Assembly (NCBI RefSeq): GCF_001457595.1
Contig: NZ_LN831039.1
Location: forward strand, 6,660,001 to 6,692,000
Source: Mycolicibacterium smegmatis
Lineage (GTDB): Bacteria; Actinomycetota; Actinomycetes; Mycobacteriales; Mycobacteriaceae
Length of the DNA: 32,000 bases
Reading direction: 5' to 3'
Part shown: positions 1-11,576 of the stretch, one piece after another
Numbering within the stretch: the stretch's first letter is position 1
Layout: the number at the start of each line of letters is the position of its first letter
Notes under the pieces: model-generated
Seen by the model: the letters and a program-made list of their open reading frames with translations, nothing else
Database searches by the model: none
Told to the model about the DNA's origin: nothing
Translations under genes and position numbers: made by a program

Positions 1-1889
<1,889 letters not shown>

Positions 1890-1912
1890 GGGGCGTTATT
1901 TATGGTGGCCTG

Positions 1913-3103
1913 ATGAGCAGCGTCGCTGAAGCGGACCTGGTGGCCGAGCGGGCCCGCCAGGTCGTCTCCGAGCATGACCCGAAAAGCGTTCCGATACCGC
2001 AGTTCCTCGCCGCCTGCTACGACGCGGGACTGTCCTGGGTGCATTTCCCCGAGGGCATGGGCGGTGTCGGTGTGTCGCGCGGCCTGCAGGCCGTGGTCGA
2101 TCGCATCCTGCAGGGCGCCGGAGGGCCGGTCCCGCTGGGGCTCAACCCGATGGGCTACGGCATGGCCGCGCCCACGATCCGCGAGCATGCGCAGAACGAC
2201 GAGCTCAAGAAATCCTGGCTGCGTCCGCTGGCGAGCACCGAGCACATCTGGTGCCAGCTGTTCTCCGAGCCGGGTGCGGGTTCGGACCTGGCGGGCCTGG
2301 CCACCTCGGCCGTGCCGGACGGCGACGACTGGGTGATCAACGGCCAGAAGGTGTGGACCAGCCTGGCGCACCGGGCACGGTGGGGTCTGCTGCTGGCGCG
2401 CACGAATCCCGATGTGCCCAAGCACAAAGGACTCACGTACTTCGTGATCGACATGCACGGGGCCGGCGTCGAGACCCGGCCGCTGCGCCAGATGACGGGT
2501 CAGGCCGAGTTCAACGAGGTCTACATGACCGACGCCCGCATTCCCGATGCGCACCGTCTCGGTGCCGTAGGCGACGGCTGGCGGGTCGCGATGACGACGC
2601 TGATGAACGAGCGCAGCGCGCTCGGCGGCAGCGGCAGCCGGCGAGGCGCGGGCACCATCGCCGACGCGGTGTCGCTGTGGGCGTCGCGTCCGGATCTGCA
2701 CACCCCGGTGCTGCGTGACCGGTTGACGCAACTGTGGTTGCGCTCGGAGGCGCAGCGCCTCACCGCCGAACGCTCGCGCGCGACTGCCACGGTCGGCGGT
2801 CCCGGACCCGAGGGGTCCATCGGCAAGCTCGTGGGTGCGGAGCTCAACCAGCACATCTACCAGTGGTGCATGGATTTCCTTGGCCCGGAGGGTCTTCTGT
2901 ACGACGGTTACGGGCTGGGCGACGGTGATGGCGCCGACTGGCGCGGACCCGTGCAGCAGCGGTTCCTGCGCAGCAAGGCCAACACCATCGAAGGAGGCAC
3001 GTCCGAGGTGATGCGCAACATTCTCGGTGAACGGATCCTGGGGTTGCCCGGGGATCTGCGGGCGGATGCCGGTATGGCGTGGAAGGAGATCCCGCGTGGC
3101 TGA
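1913..3103 (+). CDS. Acyl-CoA dehydrogenase (FadE-type, catalytic-like subunit)
   Basis: QLFSEPGAGSDLAGLATSA and TIEGGTSEVMRNILGERILGLPG motifs; ATG at 1913 is in frame with the track ORF starting at 1874. Confidence 0.9.
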   Translation: MSSVAEADLVAERARQVVSEHDPKSVPIPQFLAACYDAGLSWVHFPEGMGGVGVSRGLQAVVDRILQGAGGPVPLGLNPMGYGMAAPTIREHAQNDELKKSWLRPLASTEHIWCQLFSEPGAGSDLAGLATSAVPDGDDWVINGQKVWTSLAHRARWGLLLARTNPDVPKHKGLTYFVIDMHGAGVETRPLRQMTGQAEFNEVYMTDARIPDAHRLGAVGDGWRVAMTTLMNERSALGGSGSRRGAGTIADAVSLWASRPDLHTPVLRDRLTQLWLRSEAQRLTAERSRATATVGGPGPEGSIGKLVGAELNQHIYQWCMDFLGPEGLLYDGYGLGDGDGADWRGPVQQRFLRSKANTIEGGTSEVMRNILGERILGLPGDLRADAGMAWKEIPRG

Positions 3104-4268
3104 GACGACGGAGTTCCGCTTCACCGACGAGCAGGGCCAGTTGCGTGCCGCGGTGCGCAAGTTCGGCGCCGAGTACTTCGACGAGCAGACGGTGCGGCGG
3201 CTCATGGAGTCCGAGCCGCGGTTCGATCCGGCGGTGTGGGCGCGCCTGGGTGCCGAACTCGGCGTGCTGGGGCTCGCGGTGCCGGAGGCCGACGGTGGTG
3301 CCGGCGGCACGCTGGTGGACCAGGCCGTCGCCGTCGAGGAACTCGGGGCCGCCCTGGCGTGCGGCCCGCTGTTCGGCACGGTCTACCTGTCGATCCCGGC
3401 CCTGGTCGCGGCGTCGGCAGGCCCGGTGCGCGACGAGCTGCTGGGTGTGCTCGTGGAGGGCGCCCGCACGGCGGCGTTCGCCGTGCCCGACCGCGCGGGC
3501 GCGTTCGATCCGGCGCTGGTGGGCGTGACAGCGTCGGTCGACGCGACGCTCACCGGCACGGTCGAGCGCATCGTCGACGGCGCTGCCGCCGACGTCTTCC
3601 TCGTCGCGGCCACGGCTCCCGACGGGGTTGCCCTCTACGCCGTCGACGCGTCGGACGTGCAGCGCACACCGCTCACCACGCTCGACCTGACCCGACCGCA
3701 GGCCACGATCGCGCTCGCCGACACCCCGGGACGGCTCGTGGCCGGACCGGGCGAGGCCGAACGCGTCATAGGCCACGCGCTGCAGGTCGGCGCGGCGCTG
3801 CTGGCCGTCGAACAGGTCGGGGCTGCACAGCATCTGCTGGACCTGTCGGTCGACTACGCCAAATCGCGCTTGCAGTTCGGCCGCCCGATCGGGTCGTTCC
3901 AGGCCGTCAAGCACCGCCTCGCCGACGATCTGGTGGACCTTGAGCACGCGCGCTCGGCGGCGTACCACGCGGTGTGGGCGCTTGCCGACGGCTCCGACGA
4001 TCCGGCGCTGGCGGCGAGCATCGCGCAGGCCACGGCATCGGCCGCGCTGACGAAGATCGCGACCGACACGATCCAGGTGCACGGCGGTATCGGGTTCACC
4101 TGGGAACACCAGGCGCACCTGTACTTCAAGCGCGCGACGACCGATGCGGCGTTGCTCGGGACGGCCGAGGCACACCGGGACCGGATTGCCGAATTGATAC
4201 TGGACCGGGCGGTTTCGGATCAGGCAACGATCGACCGCGCCCCACGCGTCGCGACCGGTACGGACTGA
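3096..4268 (+). CDS. Acyl-CoA dehydrogenase (FadE-type, partner-like subunit)
   Basis: TIQVHGGIGFTWEHQAHLYFKRA motif; GTG start overlaps the upstream stop by 8 bp. Confidence 0.88.
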   Translation: MAETTEFRFTDEQGQLRAAVRKFGAEYFDEQTVRRLMESEPRFDPAVWARLGAELGVLGLAVPEADGGAGGTLVDQAVAVEELGAALACGPLFGTVYLSIPALVAASAGPVRDELLGVLVEGARTAAFAVPDRAGAFDPALVGVTASVDATLTGTVERIVDGAAADVFLVAATAPDGVALYAVDASDVQRTPLTTLDLTRPQATIALADTPGRLVAGPGEAERVIGHALQVGAALLAVEQVGAAQHLLDLSVDYAKSRLQFGRPIGSFQAVKHRLADDLVDLEHARSAAYHAVWALADGSDDPALAASIAQATASAALTKIATDTIQVHGGIGFTWEHQAHLYFKRATTDAALLGTAEAHRDRIAELILDRAVSDQATIDRAPRVATGTD

Positions 4269-4315
4269 TCGGCGGAAAACCCTCGGACGTGCTGACGCGA
4301 CCGTAAACTCCCGCT

Positions 4316-5158
4316 ATGAGCACGCCGACCGCACAGCGAACCCTCGCGGTGGACGGTGTGCGGTCGCCGGTGTTCGTGGCGGGCCCGGACGGATCGGAGA
4401 GCACCCGGGAAGCCGTGGTGTTCGTGCACGGCAACAACGCCGGTGCCCCGTGGGATCCGTTGCCGGCGCGTGTCGCCCAGTTCAGCCGGGTCGTGGTGCC
4501 CGAGATGCCGGGCTTCGGCGCGGCCGACAAACCGGCGCAGTGGCCGTACACGGTCGCGGCGTACGCGCAGCACCTCGACGGGATCCTCGAGCAACTCGCG
4601 GTCGAACACGCGCACCTGGTGGCCCACGACTTCGGCGGGCCGTGGGCGCTGGCGTGGGCCGCCGAGCATCTCGACGCCGTCGCGAGCATCACGCTGATCA
4701 ACGCGCCGGTGGTGATCGACCACCTCGCGGCGAAACTCTGGCGCACACCGGTGGTGGCCGAGGCGCTGTGGCGCATCACGCCTCAGGCCCTCGTGCGCCA
4801 GGCGCTGGCCCACAACGATCCGAACCTGCCGGCCGACGCGGTGAACCGGATCGCCGCGCACATGGTGGCCCCCGGCACCCCCGACGCCGTGCTCAAGCTG
4901 TACCGCACGACCGGGCCCGATGCCGTCGCCCCCTATGCGGACCGTCTCGCCGGGTTCGACCGCAACGTCCTGATCATGTGGGGCACCGAGGACCGCTACG
5001 TGCCCTTCGCCCAGACCGAGCAGTATCGGCAGATCTTCGCGCACTGCGAGATCCACGCGGTGGCCGGCGCGGGCCACTGGCCGTGGCTCGAACAGCCGGA
5101 TACGGTGGCCGGGTACCTGACGAACTTCCTGCGTCGTTTACCGCGAAAGGCCACGTGA
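4316..5158 (+). CDS. Alpha/beta hydrolase
   Basis: VVFVHGNNAG oxyanion region, HLVAHDFGGPWA nucleophile elbow (Asp type), GAGHWPWLEQP catalytic His. Confidence 0.87.
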   Translation: MSTPTAQRTLAVDGVRSPVFVAGPDGSESTREAVVFVHGNNAGAPWDPLPARVAQFSRVVVPEMPGFGAADKPAQWPYTVAAYAQHLDGILEQLAVEHAHLVAHDFGGPWALAWAAEHLDAVASITLINAPVVIDHLAAKLWRTPVVAEALWRITPQALVRQALAHNDPNLPADAVNRIAAHMVAPGTPDAVLKLYRTTGPDAVAPYADRLAGFDRNVLIMWGTEDRYVPFAQTEQYRQIFAHCEIHAVAGAGHWPWLEQPDTVAGYLTNFLRRLPRKAT

Positions 5159-6060
5159 AACTACGCCGTGTCCGCTCCGCAGCCGGCCTGCGTGTGGAAT
5201 CTTTTGATGCTGAGGGGAACTGGGTTCCCCACGACGATGTCGCACCGCTCGGCGGACGCGTGTTCGACGCCGAGTGGCTGGCCGCGGCCGCCGACCGCCA
5301 GCTACAGCACAGCCCACATCTGCTGCCGTTCCAGCCGGTCTCGTTCCGCGACTTCATGCTCTACGAGCAACACAACATCGACGCCGCGCGCGGTCTGATC
5401 CGCCGGTTCCATCCGGGGTTGTACCGCGCCACATCGGCATTCGAGCGGCTCACCGGACGCCCGGTGCCGCAGTTCAAACCGAAGCCCCTGTTCTACCGCC
5501 AGCCCATCTACTACATGTCGAACGCGCAGACGTTCGTGCCGACCGGTACACCCGTGCCGGTTCCCGACTACTCGCAGGCCCTGGACTTCGAGCTCGAGAT
5601 CGGATTCGTGCTGGCGGCACCGCTGTTCAACGCGACACCGAACGAGGCGACCGCGGCGATCGGCGCGTTCGTGGTGCTCAATGACTTCAGCGCCCGCGAC
5701 GTCCAGCGTGCCGAGATGACCAGCGGGTTCGGCCCGCAGAAATCCAAGCACTTCGCGAGTTCGATGTCGGACACCGCGGTCACGGCCGACGAGGTCCTGC
5801 CACGCATCGACGCGCTGACCGGTTCGGTGGCGGTCAACGGCGAGATCGTCAGCACGGTCGACAGCGCGGGCATGCAGCACAGCCTCGGTGAGGTGCTGGC
5901 GCACGCGTCGCGCTGCGAACCGCTCTATCCCGGTGAGCTCTTCGGCACGGGAACACTGCCGGGCGGCAGCGGCATGGAGACCGGGCACTGGTTGCGTCCC
6001 GGTGACACCCTGACGCTGATCCTCGACGACATCGGCCGCATCGAGCACACGATCGGTTAG
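5155..6060 (+). CDS. Fumarylacetoacetate hydrolase family protein
   Basis: DFELEIGFVLAAP, LNDFSARDVQRAEM and GTGTLPGGSGMETG motifs. GTG at 5155 overlaps the upstream stop by 4 bp; the track ORF start at 4450 is an over-extension. Confidence 0.85.
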   Translation: MKLRRVRSAAGLRVESFDAEGNWVPHDDVAPLGGRVFDAEWLAAAADRQLQHSPHLLPFQPVSFRDFMLYEQHNIDAARGLIRRFHPGLYRATSAFERLTGRPVPQFKPKPLFYRQPIYYMSNAQTFVPTGTPVPVPDYSQALDFELEIGFVLAAPLFNATPNEATAAIGAFVVLNDFSARDVQRAEMTSGFGPQKSKHFASSMSDTAVTADEVLPRIDALTGSVAVNGEIVSTVDSAGMQHSLGEVLAHASRCEPLYPGELFGTGTLPGGSGMETGHWLRPGDTLTLILDDIGRIEHTIG

Positions 6061-9000
6061 CGCGCGACGGCGTCGATGGCCTTGTAGATGCGCTGCTCGC
6101 TGACCGGGCGCGGCGTGCCGAGTTGCTGCGCCCACAGGCTCACCCGCAGTTCCTCGATCTGCCAGGCGATCGCCACGACATCGTGGGCCGCCGCGCGTGC
6201 CGGTGACAAGGCCCGCACCAGATCGTCGTAGGCGTCCTCCACGGCATGCACACGCGCCATGCGTTCGCGGTCGGCGCCGATCGCGTGGGGCAACCGTTCG
6301 AGCCGGCGCGCGATCGCCGTGACGTAGCGGGTGAGGTCGGTCAGCCGCGCGACGCCCGTCGCGGTGACAAATCCCTTGGGCAGCAACCGTTCCAATTGCA
6401 GACGGATGTCCTCGACCGCGTCGGCCTGGGCTGCCGGCGGTTTGTCCGGCAGCCCCACCCCGACCTCGTGTGCGGCGGCCAGCACCTTCTCGACGCGGGT
6501 CACCGCGGCCTGCGTCGTGGCGCCGAGTTCCTTCGCCGCGCGCTGCACCAACGCGGTGAAATCGGCACGCGTCCAGACGATCTGGCGCACCAGGGTGTCG
6601 GCGGCCGCGTCCGCGCAGTCCTCGAGCAGGGCGGCGAGGTTGCCGTCGGGGTTCGCGTTGAGCGCCAGCCGTGTCCGCGTGCCCAACCCCCGCTCGATGG
6701 CCTTGACCGGCGACGGCACGCTCAGCCGCAGAAGCCGCCGCAGCCCCGGTCCCATCGCGGCGTCGCGCTCGATCGGGTTCGCGAAAACCCGGATGTCCAC
6801 GGCTTTTCCGGTGTCGACGAAGCCAGGGTATCCGCGCACGGTGTGCCCTCTGCTGACGTTCTCCACGGTCCGGGGCAACTCGTCGAGATCATCGGGCCAC
6901 GCTCGCAGACCCGTGCGCTGCAAACCGTCGTCGACGGCCTCGGCGACCGCCTGGGCCACCGGCACCGCGAGTTGTTCGCGCAGGGTCTCGATGTCCTTGC
7001 CGCGGGCCACCTCGGCGCCGTCGGAGTTCTCCACCGCGAACGTCACCCGCAGGTGTGGCGGCACCTTGTCGAGATCGAACGCGTCGACGGGCACCAGGAT
7101 TCCGGTGCGCCTGCGCAGTTCGCGCTGCACGGCGTCGAGCAGCGATCCCGTTCCCGGGTCGAGGTGCGGCAGGATCGCGCGAGCGGTGTCCGGTGCGGGG
7201 ACGAAGTTGCGGCGCAGGTCTTTCGGCAGCGACTTGATGAGCGCAGTGACCAGTTCCTCGCGCAGGGCCGGTACCTGCCACGCGAAGTTCTCGCCGCCCA
7301 GGCGTGCGAGCACACCGACCGGCACGTGCACGGTCACCCCGTCGTCGGCCGCGCCGGGTTGGTACCGGTAACTCAGCGGCAGTTCCAGGTCCCCGGCCCG
7401 CCACGTGTCCGGATGGTCGGCGGCGTCGTCGGTGCGCAGCAGGTCCTCACGCGTGAAGGTGAGGAGGTCAGGGGTCTTGTGGCGCTGCTTCTTCCACCAC
7501 GCATCGAAGTGGCGCGCCGAGACGACGTCGGCGGGGATGCGCGCGTCGTACAGCGCGAAGATCTCGTCGTCGCCGACCAGCAGGTCGCGGCGCCGCGCAC
7601 GCTCCTCCATCTCCTCGACCTCTTCGCGCAGGCGGGCATTGTCGCGGAAGAAGTGGTGGCGCGTCTGCCACTCGCCCTCGACCAGGGCGTGCCGGATGAA
7701 CAGTTCGCGGCTCACCACCGGATCGATCTGCGCGTAGTTGACGCGGCGGCGCGGGACCAGCGGAAGACCGTAGAGCGTCACGCGTTCGAAGGCCATCACC
7801 GCGCCACGGCGTGCGTCCCAGTGCGGTTCGCTGTACGTGCGTTGCACGAGGTGCCCGGCGACGCGTTCGACCGCCTCGGGTTCGATGCGCGCCGCGATAC
7901 GGCCGAACAGCCTGCTGGTCTCCACCAGATCGGCCACCACGATCCAGCGCGGCGGCTTCTTCGTGAGCACCGATCCCGGCGCGAGCACGAACTTGGTGTT
8001 GCGCGCGCCGGTGTAGTCGCGGGTGTCGCCCTCGCGCAGGCCGACATGTGACAGCAGACCCGCGGTGAGCGCGGCGTGGATGCGGGCCGGGTCGGCGGGC
8101 TCGTCGGACTCGCGGATCCCGATGTCACGCGCAATGCTGCGCAACTGGCCCACCAGGTCCTGCCACTCGCGGATCCGAAGGTAGTGCAGGAACTCGTCGC
8201 GGCACATGCGGCGGAAAGCGTTGCCGGACAATTCGTTGCGCTGCTCGCGCAGATAGTTCCACAGGTTCAGGTACGAGATGAAGTCCGAGTGCTCATCGGC
8301 GAAGCGGGCGTGCTTCTGCCGCGCGGCCTCCTCGCGGTCTGACGGGCGTTCGCGCGGATCGGGGATGGACAGCGCCGCGGCGAGCACCAGCACCTCGCGC
8401 ACGCAGCCCTCGGCGTCGGCCTGCAGGATCATCCGGCCGATGCGCGGGTCGAGCGGCAGGCGCGCAAGCCGGCGCCCGGTCTCGGTGAGCGCTGGGACCG
8501 AATTGCCGCCTCCGGCGGCGGAAGCCGAATTGCCGCCTCCGGCGGCGGAAGAAGTGTCGAACGCACCGAGTTCCTGCAACAGCTGGATGCCGTCGCGGAT
8601 GCTGCGCGCGTCGGGCGGGTCGAGGAACGGGAAGTTCTCGATGTCGCCGAGTCCGAGCGCGCTCATCTGCAGGATCACCGCGGCCAGGTTGGTCCGCAGG
8701 ATCTCGGGATCGGTGTAGCGGGGCCGTGATTCGAAGTCCTCTTCCGAGTACAGCCGGATGCACACGCCGGGCGCGGTACGCCCGGACCGGCCCGCGCGCT
8801 GAGCTGCCGAGGCCTGCGAGATGGGCTCGATGGGCAGCCGCTGCACCTTGGTGCGCCTGCTGTAGCGCGAGATCCTCGCGGTGCCGGGGTCGACGACGTA
8901 GCGGATGCCCGGCACGGTCAGCGAGGTCTCGGCGACGTTGGTGGCCAGCACCACGCGCCGGCCGGCATGGCTGGGCTGGAACACCTTTTGCTGCTCGGCG

Positions 9001-10034
9001 GTCGGCAACCGCGCGTACAACGGCAGCACCTCGGTGTTCCGCAGGTCTTTCAAAGCCTCTGCGGTGTCGCGGATCTCACGCTCGCCGGAGAGGAACACCA
9101 GGACGTCGCCGGGCGGTTCGGCCTCGAGCTCGCGGACCGCGTCGACGATGGCCTCGGTGGGATCACGGACCTCGGTGCGCACGATCTCGTGGTCGGGATC
9201 ATCAGGATCCTCGGTGTCGGATGGCGGCACGGCGACTTCCAGTGGCCGGTACCGGATCTCGACGGGATACGTGCGTCCGGAGACCTCGACGATCGGCGCG
9301 TCTTGGAAGTGCCGCGAGAACCGCTCGGGTTCGATGGTCGCCGACGTGACGATCACCTTGAGGTCGGGCCGGCGCGGCAGCAGCTCGCGCAGGTACCCGA
9401 GCAGGAAGTCGATGTTGAGGCTGCGTTCGTGGGCCTCATCGAGGATCAGGGTGTCGTAGCGCAGCAGTCTGCGGTCGCGCTGGATCTCGGCGAGCAGGAT
9501 GCCGTCGGTCATGAGTTTGACCAGCGTGGAGTCGCTGGCCTGGTCGGTGAACCGCACGGTGTAGCCGACGGCCTCGCCGAGCGGTGTGCCGAGTTCGTCG
9601 GCGATGCGCTGCGCCACCGTGCGCGCCGCGAGCCGGCGCGGCTGGGTGTGGCCGATGGTGCCGCGGATGCCGCGGCCGAGCTCGAGGCAGATCTTGGGCA
9701 GCTGGGTGGTCTTGCCGGATCCGGTGGCGCCCGCGACGACGACCACCTGGTTCTCGGCGATGGCTTTCGCGAGGTCGTCGCAGCGTTGCGTGACGGGCAG
9801 GTCGGGATAGGTGATCTGCGGGACCGCGGCCTGGCGTGTGAGCACGAGCGCCTCGGCCGCCGCGATCTGCTGCTCGATCTTGGCGAGATCCTTGGCGAGA
9901 TCGCCGCCACGGAGATTCTTGAGCCGACGCCCGAGTCGCGCCGCGTCGCGGATGGTCAGTCCGTCGAGACGCGCACGCAGCTCACGCAGATCCTGACGTT
10001 CCGACACTGGGACCAGGATAGTTGACGCCCGCAC
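6057..10034 (-). CDS. hrpA: ATP-dependent RNA helicase HrpA
   Basis: 1325 aa; GATGSGKTTQLPKI (Walker A), DEAHERSLNIDF (DEAH), ATNVAETSLTVPGI, SAAQRAGRSGRTAPG, plus long HrpA-type C-terminus. Confidence 0.95.
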   Translation of the reverse strand: MRASTILVPVSERQDLRELRARLDGLTIRDAARLGRRLKNLRGGDLAKDLAKIEQQIAAAEALVLTRQAAVPQITYPDLPVTQRCDDLAKAIAENQVVVVAGATGSGKTTQLPKICLELGRGIRGTIGHTQPRRLAARTVAQRIADELGTPLGEAVGYTVRFTDQASDSTLVKLMTDGILLAEIQRDRRLLRYDTLILDEAHERSLNIDFLLGYLRELLPRRPDLKVIVTSATIEPERFSRHFQDAPIVEVSGRTYPVEIRYRPLEVAVPPSDTEDPDDPDHEIVRTEVRDPTEAIVDAVRELEAEPPGDVLVFLSGEREIRDTAEALKDLRNTEVLPLYARLPTAEQQKVFQPSHAGRRVVLATNVAETSLTVPGIRYVVDPGTARISRYSRRTKVQRLPIEPISQASAAQRAGRSGRTAPGVCIRLYSEEDFESRPRYTDPEILRTNLAAVILQMSALGLGDIENFPFLDPPDARSIRDGIQLLQELGAFDTSSAAGGGNSASAAGGGNSVPALTETGRRLARLPLDPRIGRMILQADAEGCVREVLVLAAALSIPDPRERPSDREEAARQKHARFADEHSDFISYLNLWNYLREQRNELSGNAFRRMCRDEFLHYLRIREWQDLVGQLRSIARDIGIRESDEPADPARIHAALTAGLLSHVGLREGDTRDYTGARNTKFVLAPGSVLTKKPPRWIVVADLVETSRLFGRIAARIEPEAVERVAGHLVQRTYSEPHWDARRGAVMAFERVTLYGLPLVPRRRVNYAQIDPVVSRELFIRHALVEGEWQTRHHFFRDNARLREEVEEMEERARRRDLLVGDDEIFALYDARIPADVVSARHFDAWWKKQRHKTPDLLTFTREDLLRTDDAADHPDTWRAGDLELPLSYRYQPGAADDGVTVHVPVGVLARLGGENFAWQVPALREELVTALIKSLPKDLRRNFVPAPDTARAILPHLDPGTGSLLDAVQRELRRRTGILVPVDAFDLDKVPPHLRVTFAVENSDGAEVARGKDIETLREQLAVPVAQAVAEAVDDGLQRTGLRAWPDDLDELPRTVENVSRGHTVRGYPGFVDTGKAVDIRVFANPIERDAAMGPGLRRLLRLSVPSPVKAIERGLGTRTRLALNANPDGNLAALLEDCADAAADTLVRQIVWTRADFTALVQRAAKELGATTQAAVTRVEKVLAAAHEVGVGLPDKPPAAQADAVEDIRLQLERLLPKGFVTATGVARLTDLTRYVTAIARRLERLPHAIGADRERMARVHAVEDAYDDLVRALSPARAAAHDVVAIAWQIEELRVSLWAQQLGTPRPVSEQRIYKAIDAVAR
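8498..8551 (+). repeat. 27-bp perfect tandem duplication within hrpA (2 copies)
   Basis: ccgaattgccgcctccggcggcggaag occurs twice back to back (8498-8524, 8525-8551), encoding the in-frame SAAGGGNSASAAGGGNS segment. Confidence 0.95.
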
Positions 10035-10090
10035 ACCGGATTCATTTATTTAGCCCACCTAGCCGCACCGGGTGGTAAGAGTGGACGCTC

Positions 10091-10486
10091 ATGAGCGATC
10101 ACCAACACATCGTCGACGTCCTCACGCGGTACGCCACAGGCATCGACCGCCGCGACTGGCACCTGTTCCGCACTGTGTTCACCGAGGACTGCACGCTCGA
10201 CTACGGCGAGATCGGCGCGTGGGACAGCGTGGACGCGGTCACCGACTTCATGGAACAGACACATGCCCTGGCCGGCCACACGCTGCACCGGTTGAGCAAC
10301 CACGCCATCTCGGTCGACGGTGACACCGCCGAGGCGCGTACCTACGTCGACGCGCTGATCATGTCGCAGGACAACACCTCAGGGGTCAACGCCGCGGGGT
10401 TCTACGACGACGACCTCGTCCGCACCCCAGACGGGTGGCGCATCGCCCGCCGCCGGTTCACCTCGGTGCGTGTCGCGGCGGTCTGA
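10091..10486 (+). CDS. SnoaL-like/NTF2-fold (nuclear transport factor 2 family) protein
   Basis: 131 aa; YATGIDRRDWHLFRTVFTEDCTLDYGE...DGWRIARRRFTSV typical SnoaL-like pattern. Confidence 0.8.
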   Translation: MSDHQHIVDVLTRYATGIDRRDWHLFRTVFTEDCTLDYGEIGAWDSVDAVTDFMEQTHALAGHTLHRLSNHAISVDGDTAEARTYVDALIMSQDNTSGVNAAGFYDDDLVRTPDGWRIARRRFTSVRVAAV

Positions 10487-10490
10487 CCAC

Positions 10491-11345
10491 ATGGATTTCG
10501 CACAGCAGTACGGGCCGTGGGCGCTGGTGGCGGGTGCCTCCGACGGTGTGGGTGCCGCGATGGCCCACGAATTGGCGCGCCGCGGCCTCAACGTCGTGCT
10601 GCTGGCCCGACGGCATTCGGTGCTCGACACCGTCGCCGCGCAGATCCGTGACACCTCGGGAGTCGAGACACACACGCTCGCAATCGACCTCGCCGAGGCC
10701 GGAGCCGCACGGCGCATCATCGAGGCGACGGCGGGCCTGGACATCGGCTTCCTGGTCTACTGCGCCGGCTCGGATACCAACGTCACGCCGTTCCTCGACA
10801 CGCCCCTGGATGTCGCGGAGTCGATGGTGCAACGCAACTGCATGGTGCCGGTGCAACTGTGCCACCATTACGCGAAACCCATGGCCGACCGGGGACGCGG
10901 CGGCATCGTGATCTTCGGTTCGGGCGCGGGTTTGGCCGGTGCGCCCAACTTGGTCGCCTACAGCGCGAGCAAGGCGTTCGACATGGTGCTCGCCGAGGCG
11001 CTGTGGAGCGAGTTGCACACCGAGGGTGTCGACGTGCTCGGGCTGATCCTCGGCAAGACCGACACGCCGGCACTGCGCGCGCTCGAGTTCCGCAGGGGTC
11101 AGATCGCCTCACCGGACACCGCACCACCAGGCGCCGCACCCGTCGACGACGTCGTGGCGGCCGCATTCGCGAACCTCACTGCGGGCCCGACGTGTCTGGT
11201 CGGCGAGGATATGCAGGCCGTGGCCCAGTTGATGGCGTCGGTGAGCCGCAACGAGGCCGTGCACATCATCGCCCGGGCCGTCGAGCATCGATGGGTGAAA
11301 CCGGCTCTCCGCCAGCCTGATCAGCCGCGCACCTCGGTGAGGTAG
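10491..11345 (+). CDS. Short-chain dehydrogenase/reductase
   Basis: WALVAGASDGVGAAMAHELARRG glycine motif, IVIFGSGAGLAGAPNLVAYSASKAF active-site YxxxK; ATG at 10491, 4 bp after the upstream stop. Confidence 0.9.
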   Translation: MDFAQQYGPWALVAGASDGVGAAMAHELARRGLNVVLLARRHSVLDTVAAQIRDTSGVETHTLAIDLAEAGAARRIIEATAGLDIGFLVYCAGSDTNVTPFLDTPLDVAESMVQRNCMVPVQLCHHYAKPMADRGRGGIVIFGSGAGLAGAPNLVAYSASKAFDMVLAEALWSELHTEGVDVLGLILGKTDTPALRALEFRRGQIASPDTAPPGAAPVDDVVAAAFANLTAGPTCLVGEDMQAVAQLMASVSRNEAVHIIARAVEHRWVKPALRQPDQPRTSVR

Positions 11346-11350
11346 TTGTA
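11303..11350 (+). repeat. Left copy of 48-bp direct repeat flanking the cryptic island (39-bp perfect core 11312-11350)
   Basis: ggctctccgccagcctgatcagccgcgcacctcggtgaggtagttgta; matches 13075-13122 with one mismatch (g11311/c13083). Confidence 0.97.
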
Positions 11351-11438
11351 TGAGGTAGTTGTAGATGATCCTTGTGATGCTTCTTCGCCTCTACTGGCGG
11401 CACACCCGCCTTCGCGATCGCCCGGTCGATGAGGAACC
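11321..11438 (-). pseudogene. Truncated, frame-disrupted remnant of a PAS-HTH regulator C-terminus homologous to the 13093-14823 gene
   Basis: Reverse strand reads [25 protein letters not shown] against [25 protein letters not shown] in the intact gene. Most of the HTH is missing, then IYNYL and a frameshifted YNYLTEVRG* follow. Confidence 0.85.
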
Positions 11439-11576
11439 GATTCTTCAGGACGCCACGTCATCGAGACCCATTGAATTGACCAAGGCTGCGGACAGAACCG
11501 CACTGACAAACTGCTACCCGCATCCTGACCACCTTCTCGAGTGACCGCCTTTGACCTTCTGCAGTTGCATGTTTCA

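Noticed and set aside
6246-8051. 601-aa plus-strand ORF
   Set aside because: Complement of the hrpA C-terminal half; composition artefact.
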